From Eledone cirrhosa (lineage: Eukaryota), in the NCBI GenBank assembly GCA_964016885.1, contig OZ024743.1, positions 362,948,001-363,012,000 on the forward strand: a DNA stretch of 64,000 bases. The letters are read 5' to 3'. The translations under genes were made by a program, and so were the position numbers. Numbering within the stretch: position 1 is the first letter of the stretch; every line of letters starts with the position of its first letter. The notes under the pieces were generated by a model. The model was not told the origin of the DNA. It did no database searches and saw only the letters and a list, made by a program, of their open reading frames with translations. Of the stretch, positions 55,864 to 64,000 are shown one piece after another.

Positions 55864-56000
55864 TATGACTGAGTGGTGAGCCTTGTTACTCTGAATTTTC
55901 ATCTGCACACTCGCAGGATCACCAGTCAAGAATGCTGTCTGATGATCCTGCGAGTGCGCAGGTGAAACGTCAGAGCAACAAGGCTCACTACATAACCATA
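55864..56000. repeat. ~65-bp-arm inverted repeat of the hammerhead-containing segment
   Basis: 55864-55928 is a diverged reverse complement of 55936-56000. Confidence 0.85.
55933..55977 (+). ncRNA. Type I minimal hammerhead ribozyme motif
   Basis: tgctgt-CTGATGA-t.cctgcg(agtg)cgcagg.t-GAAAC-GTC-agagca. Loopless ACGT stem III; stem I 5/6 paired. Confidence 0.65.
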
Positions 56001-56077
56001 CTAAATAAATCATTAAACTCCACTTCGGTATTGAGTTCTCTTTCTCAAGTCCGACAATAAAACACGGATATGTACAC

Positions 56078-56111
<34 letters not shown>

Positions 56112-56923
56112 TTATATATATAAATATATGTAGGCATATACAAATATATACACACCCATACCCACACACACAACCCTACAACACACACACACAAACACGT
56201 CATGTAGGTTTTAAAATAAATAGTAACGAGCTTTTAATATAAACATAAACATAAATACATGAACTTCTGTTAGGAAGCTGTTTACATTCCAAAGAATTTG
56301 AACTAAAAATGCAATCTAGTCCTATTTGCTTTTCCTCCAGACAACCATTTATAAATCTTAGTAGTTCCTTTTTTACCCCCGCCCCCTCCTTTTTTTAGCC
56401 AACTGTCCACCATTCATGTAAAAAGAAAGTATGGCAGAGTATTGGCGAAATATTAAATTGTTACAATGAAGATTTTTTTAAAATTGTAAATGGTTTCAAT
56501 ACCACGTTAAATAAGGTTTTATGAGATTTTCTTTTTGTCTTTGTACTCAGTCTCTAAAGAACAGATTGGGAAATTTTATACTTTGGGGCATTCTTCAAAT
56601 TAATGTAAGCTTCTTTCTTCTTAGCCTCATCCAACCTAATCTCCATGAGTGTCTATGTACGCGCATGTGTGTGTATGAGTGTGCGTGCAGCTATTTTCTC
56701 ACTCTTTCTAAATCTCTCAATCTCTATGCCTCTGTCCCCCTCTCTTTTTCTCACTCCATTTCTCCCTGTCCCTCTCCTGCACATACAAACACATAAATAC
56801 ACACGCCATTTAATTTTCGTCGCCAATGTTACAAGAAGCTAAATATGTTCGTCATTATTATCGTCACTATGATCATCATCACCACCACCGTCATTACTAC
56901 TACACCATCCCCATAAACATCAC

Positions 56924-56962
<39 letters not shown>

Positions 56963-57100
56963 TATCATCCTCATCATTATTGCTATTACAGACACCACCA
57001 ACAAAGCCGCCACCACCAACAACAAGAAAAACAATGCAACAGACGAAGAGATAAACTGTTAGCCAGTTACCCACACCCTGCTAAACAACCACTAGATTAA

Positions 57101-57137
<37 letters not shown>

Positions 57138-57183
57138 TGGCCAACTAACCAGTCATCAAGCCATTTGTTCCACGAACAACGAC

Positions 57184-58950
57184 ATGGTTTCAGAGCCAAC
57201 TGAAGCAGCTGTTAATAGCATTGGAAAAATGTCCACCCTGCCAGTCTCTTCCTTAGCGAGCGCGACAAAAAAATTCGAAAAGGTACATCTGAAAGAGGAC
57301 TTAATAAGGGAGCGAAAGCGGGTGGTGGAAAATAAGTGTCACTCCGTGATCGACAGTACTCTTCGATATACTGTGACATACCATAAAATAGAGAGTCAAG
57401 AAATCACAAAGTTACACTGGGTCTCCGATTCAAAAATCCTTGGGACGCGTATGCAGAAACCAAACCCACATAGCCTGTGGCAAAATATTTGGGAGAGTAC
57501 TAGTGATGTTTGCTGCGGCGCAGGAGACCAAATCCAACTCCCTAACACCAGTAAGGACGGATGATTTTATTCTGGTGCCGTCTTATAGTAGCCAGACTGG
57601 CGAAGATCAGGATGAACCGAGTGCCACCCATAATAGTCAATCCTTGGCTAGTAGCCACTGTCCTCGCTGACGGGTAGAACAAAATGACCACACTAGAGCT
57701 TTAAATATTGACAGAAAATAGAGATGGAAATGGAACTTCTCATCCAAACTGACCAGCAATCCATGGACACCATCCCCAATGAGATTGACATCCTGGATAG
57801 TAATTATTTGCAGTTGTAGTAAAAAGGAGAAGACCGCAGTGTCAGACTTGTGACATAGCTACTCACTGAAAAGCCTTCTGCTCACAGCTAACTACAAAAA
57901 AAAGCACTACTGTGAACGCATCAGTCACAGTGGTACACAATACTAGCGGCACCAGCGACTATAACACCAGTCAAGAACATTTGAAGCAATAAAGGTGCCA
58001 ATACCCTCCGTGGCAGATGTGAGGGTGATGATGGTGGTTCCTGCATCGAAACCACAGACAGCCAAACTAACCGAAATAGCCCACACAACAACGACAGTTA
58101 TAACAGCTGCGCCAGGAACGAAAACAACAGAACCGACACCAGCACCAACAGCAACAGCAACACCAATACACGTAGAGGACATGCTGCTCCTCAAAAACGC
58201 TCTGTTGGATATGGGAGGAAGATTGAAAAACCATCTGCCACAAAAAAGACAAGAAAACTCACTGACTTCGCCCACAAAAAAAGAAGGGCAGATAGAAAAG
58301 TCATATCCGACACCAACATCTGCATTAATCTCAACATCACCCCGCCACCACCATCGGATATACCACAGACATCATCAACCTCTCAAACACAACCCAATCC
58401 ACACCTGCAACAACAACAGCAAACGTAAATCCAACAAAATGAGACAAATATCACAGCCATAAACGCCAAAAACAAAAACATTAATGCACTACACACAGCA
58501 CAACACTAGCATTACAGAAAACAACTATATCGAGCCCATGCCACAAAAAAAAAGAAGAAGAAATCGCACTACTCACACACAAACAAATTATATAAATTCA
58601 ACAAAACACCTGCACCTGACAATACATTACCACGATGGGATCAGAGTTTTCTGAGGGCCCATCACAAAAATCGCTAATTATGAAGACACCTACAAGGACA
58701 TGGACGGATAAGCTACCTTTCACACGAGCAGGGCAAGTGACCCTTCTACATTTTCCTCGTCTTCACCGATCATGGTCTTGCTCAGGATAGGCAGTGTAAA
58801 TGCACGTGACATCGGGGAAGTTCGACTTTGAATCAGGGCAATTGCTCAATTACTTCAGATAATTGAACATAGTTGGCCATCGGTGAAATCAAACTTTCTG
58901 ACGCACTAGACAGTGCATCTATTTTCGGCGGCTATGAGACGTATCTAGAA
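57184..58950 (+). mobile_element. Degraded 5' part of an L1/Tx1-type LINE (ORF1 and start of endonuclease)
   Basis: Zinc knuckle CQTCDIATH*KAFC (CX2CX4HX4C, 57840-57881) and a Thr/Pro-rich tail. Then MVLLRIGSVNAR (~58772) and AIGEIKL, resembling APE endonuclease motifs I-II. Confidence 0.65.
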
Positions 58951-60002
58951 GACGTCTGGGATCTGATTATCTGTTATCATAATGTGAAAATTGTGGGAGA
59001 ATATATCCCTAGGAACATTTGACATTGGGAAGATTGAAGTCGCTCAATAGAAGTACATTTATATGTTGTTCCAACTAAATTAATGTATCATCTTTTTTTC
59101 TATGGCTTTGTTCAAGTTTTCTGCCATGTTTTCAGGCAGTTAACTGCGTTGTATAGCTCTATTAATTCGCTGCAAGTCTTTGTGGGTCTAGATATCAACA
59201 CTATAATGATTTGTCAGAACGAAGGATGACAACATTTTACTTTAATGTTTCCTGCCGGATGTGTTTCAGTTAGTGCTATATATACCATCTGACTGCATGT
59301 CTCAAGGTCCCTGAAATTGTTAATTTTACTTAATCGTTAAACGTCCATAATATTTAATGGCATAGTTTGTTACATTAATGAAAAAAAGTAAAGAGCTGCA
59401 ATCCTAGGTTTATTATCTGTGGTGGTTTGTTGCAGTCACGGTCACTTGTTACACTATCCTTTGTACCAGGTTCTAACATCTATCTCTGTTGCTCAACTGC
59501 TGTCGCTTCCCCAAATCATAGAAGCTCTAACAGATCATATTATATGCATGTCCTCAAGCTGTATGCTACAGATGACGAACTGGAAACCTAATTACACACC
59601 GTGCACAGATTAGGCAGGAAAATTAGCAAGTTATTCGTTTTGGGAATATACAAAGTCATCCTGAAGAGGAAATTAATAAGAAAAATAATATGTTGAATAA
59701 GTAGCGATAAGAGAATTAGACCAAACAATGGACTTACAAACACTAAGGAATTAATGAACTTGACAAATGAAAAAAGGATTAGGAAGGAATATTATAAACG
59801 CAATAATTAAAACGTAACTAAATAAGTATCAATAATCCAGCTGGTCCAGTAATAACTTATAATTATATTCCTCGAATGAAACCCGAGTGATTTGACAAAT
59901 CGAGATAAGAAAACTGAAAATAATTACTATATATAGAATACATCTCCGAAAGCTGACACAAAAAGACACACAGAATGGTAAGGATTCTTCTATAACAAGA
60001 AA

Positions 60003-63000
60003 TCTCTATATAAAAAACAGAAGATGTCTGTTTGTGTAACCGCATGCATTTCTACATTTTACAACCGATTTGCACCAAATTTCATACATAGGTTTCTGAA
60101 GTCCTATTACGCGTCGTAGGCTATTTTATTTTGTGGGGACCCAGGGGCAGGTAGCCCCCTTAAGCCTCTCCCTTCGACTTATCTATTGAAGTTCACATTA
60201 ACACTGTATTAGTACCTGATAACTTTTGAAGTTTACGTTCGATCTTCGTTTTCACTTTCAAAACAACAATCATCGTCGGATGAAATTTCAGAAATGTAAA
60301 CATCTGATTCATTTGAAGATAAATCACTAATATTATCTTTTGTTTTTTGTTCATTTTAAATGTCGTTGTGTGTAAAAACTTGAAAGTCGGTATCGCTACT
60401 TTCATAAGCCATGTTGATACAAACAAAAAATCTGTTCTACTTTCAACGTTAAAAAAACACGTGTTGTTTTAAGTTATTTCACTATATTAAGTGTTAATGT
60501 TCGTGGTAAGGGCCTAATCTCGCAGTAATCTCAAATTGACGAGATTTTGATGACGGTATTGTTTATTTTTAGAACGATATTTAAGTGTGGGTGTTACGGC
60601 GGTTTTGGGCGGTTTGAATAAATGAAGGGGAAATAATTTCAGCCGGATTGAACACTAAAGAGTTAAAGGAGGTTTAGTTAATGTGTTTATGGTCATAAGG
60701 TTCCAGTTTATCATGCTGTGATTTTTCGGCCATTTTTGCCTGTATCCTTTCAATGGTTAGTTCTTACTTTGCGTTGCCCCTAACTTAAAACCTGAAATTG
60801 GACTTGTACACAAAATCTTGCAAAGCATACCCACTTTCTCAGACCACATAGATTTATCACATTTTTTCACAATTTATATCCGTGTTTTTTTGTTTACTTA
60901 AACGTTATTTGTCCACTATTTATCGTTCTCCCTGGTTAATTTTCTAAAAACAATGCCCCCTCCCCCAAGAAAAGAACTCTCATTGGTCGATTATCTAATG
61001 ATGCAAGTAGGTCTAAGCGAAGGCGTCTCACCGAAGATGTAAATGCAACTGCGATCAGGCTCTCACAGAATGCTGTGCAGAGAATGCTTGCAGCTGCAAG
61101 AGTGGAGGAGGATGACAATCGACGTGAACTTCGACGGAACAAAAGTGTTGCCGCGACTGCTGCTGCTCTCGCACGAGAGGATGAAGTACGACGTGCCGTT
61201 CGACGAAGCAGGGACGCCACTGCCACTGCTGCTGCGCGAAATACTGAAACCATGGAGCAACGACGTGGCCGACTTCTGCAAAGTGAACAGCGGCGATCGT
61301 CGTTACATGGCATTTCTAGGATTTGCAATTCACGATGGTTGTTGAAAGCCTTTAACTACGACCCCTCCTCCAACTACGTCGTCCATGCAGATATCCAAAT
61401 TGGGGAAATGACCTCTACTTGCCAGTTTTGTCGTATGAAAAAGTGGCCAGGGGAGAGAAATGGAATGTGCTGTTCAAACGGTAAAGTTAGACTACCTCCT
61501 ATTCACGACCCTCCAGAGACATTGCAACTCATTTTGACAGACACGACGGAGGAATCATCGAAGTTTCTGCGTAATATCCGCCGCTACAATTCCGCGTTTC
61601 AGATGACATCCTTCGGAGCAAAACCTGCCTCGGAACGTGGGTTTATGCCAATTTTCAAGGTCCAGGGGCAGATCTACCACTTGATTGGATCTATTCAGCC
61701 TCTGGCAGAAAAGGATCCTCAATTTCTTCAGTTATACTACGTTGGAAACTATCAGGAGCAGGCAGAGATGCGAAACTCTATTTCGTCCGAAACTAACATT
61801 GGAACCATAATAAAACTTCAAGAAATGCTTCACGACAAAAGCAGCTATGTTCGCAGTTTCAAGTACGCTTTGGAAACAGCCACCGACCAAAGCTTAAGTG
61901 TGTTCATACAAGCTGACCGAAGGCCATCTGGAGAACACGCTGGTCGGTTCAACGCACCAACATGTAATGAGATTGCTGCGGTTATTTGTGGTGAACAGCA
62001 CAACAAGAGAGATATCATTCTAAAGCACCGAGACAGCACATTACAGCGTATCAATGAGACACACAGGTCCTACGATGCACTCCAGTATCCATTGCTATTT
62101 GTCAACGGCGAGGAGAGATTATGGTTCATTAAATTAAATCAAAAGAAACTTCGATCTGAATGCTACATTCATCTACGCGATGGAATTAATAACGACGTAT
62201 CCCCAGACAATTTAGGGCAAGTGTGTATTTTGCCTTCAACGTTTACAGGGGGACCCCGATACATGCACGAGAGGACTCAGGACGCCATGACTTACGTACG
62301 ACATTATGGGCGCCCCGACCTTTTCATAACGTTTACATGCGATCCCAAGTGGAGGGAGATTACAAACGAACTGTTCCACGGTCAAGCGCCAAGACACAGG
62401 CACAATCTCATAGCAAGAGTGTTTCGCCTGAAATTATCCAAATTAATGGATTTATTAAAGAAAGGACAGGTTTTGGGGCCTGTTAGGTGCGACATGTACA
62501 CGGTTGAATGTCTGAAACGAGAGCTGCCGCATGCCCTTATCTTGATTTGGTTGGTTACAAAAATCAGTTCAACCTACATCGACAAATTCATTTCTGCCGA
62601 ACTACCTGATCTGTCGATTGACAAGGACCTCTTCTCTATAGTCACATCAAACATGGTCCATGGTCTTTGCGGACATGGACTCAATATGAAGTCCCCGTGC
62701 ATACACGACGGAAAGTGTACAAAACGATATCCCAGGCCGTTTTTACAGGAAACACAGACTGGTGGTGACGGATATCCGTTGTATAGGCGCAGGAGACCTG
62801 AAGACGGTGGGTTCACAGCAAAAGTTAGTGAAGGCGAAATGGACAACAGATGGATAGTGCCATATTGCCCCCTCCTTTTGAGAGCGTTCAACGCCAATAT
62901 AAACGTCGAATTTTGCAACTCAGCAAAATCAATTAAATACGTTTGTAAGTACGTAAACAAGGGATCGGATGCTGCCGTCTTTCGTCTTCGTCGGAAAACA

Positions 63001-64000
63001 GTAGAGACGAGGTATCTGACTACCAAGCAGGCGCGTTTTTAGTTTCCCACTGCACCAACCACACCCCGTCATTAAACAACTTGCCGTTCTCCTTGAAAAC
63101 GGTCAACGGGTGTATTTCAACAGTGCAACAGTTGCTCAGCTAGCGATCTCACCAAAGGAAACTACACTCACCGCTTTTTTCAAACTTTGTCAACACGACG
63201 ACTTCGCTCGAACTCTGCTGTATTCTGAAATACCGTCTTAAAATACATGGAACCGGACAAAATGGCTACGAAGGAAGGTAGGACAAGAGGTGGTTGGATA
63301 TCCAGGCATCAAATTCGACAATTGCCTTGGGCGAGTTCATACGGTCCACCCTACGCAACACGAATGCTTCTACCTGCGACTTCTACTTCATGAGGTAAGA
63401 GGGCCGACTAGCTTCACTCATCTGAGAACCGTCGATGGATACGCCTGCGGAACGTACAGGGAAGCCTGCTTAAGGCGTGGACTTTTAGAAGATGACGCAC
63501 AATGGGATGTAACCTTCACGGAAGCTGCCATCTCACAATCATCCCGTAGTCTAAGAGCACTTTTTGCTATCCTCTTGCACCTCTGTGAATTGAGCGATCC
63601 TTACTCTTTATGGCAAAAGTTTAAAGATGATTTCGCAGACGAATATAGGCGTCTCGCTCAATTGCAATCTCAAAACTTAGATGTCGGCTTTTCAGACGCT
63701 ATATATAATAGAGCTCTCTGATCGATATTGAAGACAGAGAGGCTTCAATGGGCGGAGATGTCTTGGAGAAATATGGGCTTCCGCAAACACTTCGAGATGC
63801 GCCATCTGACATTCCCAACGACATTATACGTGAAACGTCATATGATGTCGACGAACTCAAAAGGTATGTTGAAGAGAATGAACCAAAACTTCTAATGGAT
63901 CAAAAACAAGCCTACAACTTTGTCGTTTATTCCATCCGTAATCGGGAAGGGGGTATATTCTTCCTGGACGCACCTGGAGGCACGGGCAAAACATTTGTAA
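60003..64000 (+). mobile_element. Helitron (runs off window end)
   Basis: A|TCTCTATATAAAAA 5' terminus, typical of Helitrons, ~950 bp upstream of a Rep-helicase reading frame. Confidence 0.88.
60953..64000 (+). pseudogene. Helitron Rep-helicase (HUH Rep + PIF1-type helicase), disrupted
   Basis: CQFC..CCSNGKV, FKVQGQIYH, RPDLFITFTC, KRELPHALIL (HUH decayed), KYVCKYVNKG, FYLRLLL and Walker A DAPGGTGKT at the window end. Frameshift after ATG 60953, stops and frameshifts after ~63000. Confidence 0.95.

Overview
Repeat-dominated, AT-rich eukaryotic (animal) DNA. The dense TA/CA/TATG microsatellites and the abundant tRNA-derived SINE suggest a coleoid cephalopod such as Octopus; this is inference. 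Almost every ORF in the supplied track is a microsatellite or satellite artefact. Read by hand, the minus strand carries the 5' end of one real gene that the ORF track misses. It has a TATA/Inr/inverted-CCAAT/GC-box promoter (~18.49-18.69 kb), a signal-peptide exon (18305-18236), a 15.3 kb intron, a 141-nt exon encoding a six-cysteine half-VWC module (2948-2808) and a 14-nt microexon (2165-2152). This layout best fits a clade-A fibrillar collagen. The rest is mobile and tandem DNA: ~20 SINE copies, a Tc1/mariner-superfamily relic, a piggyBac-type MITE, RTE and L1/Tx1 LINE relics and a decayed Helitron running off the right end. About 20 kb of four adjacent tandem arrays lies at 26.5-48.2 kb. 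A cluster of Penelope-type hammerhead ribozyme motifs lies at 49.7-56 kb, several arranged as back-to-back inverted pairs. No database search or folding program was run, and I found no firm evidence for a wholly new multi-gene system.
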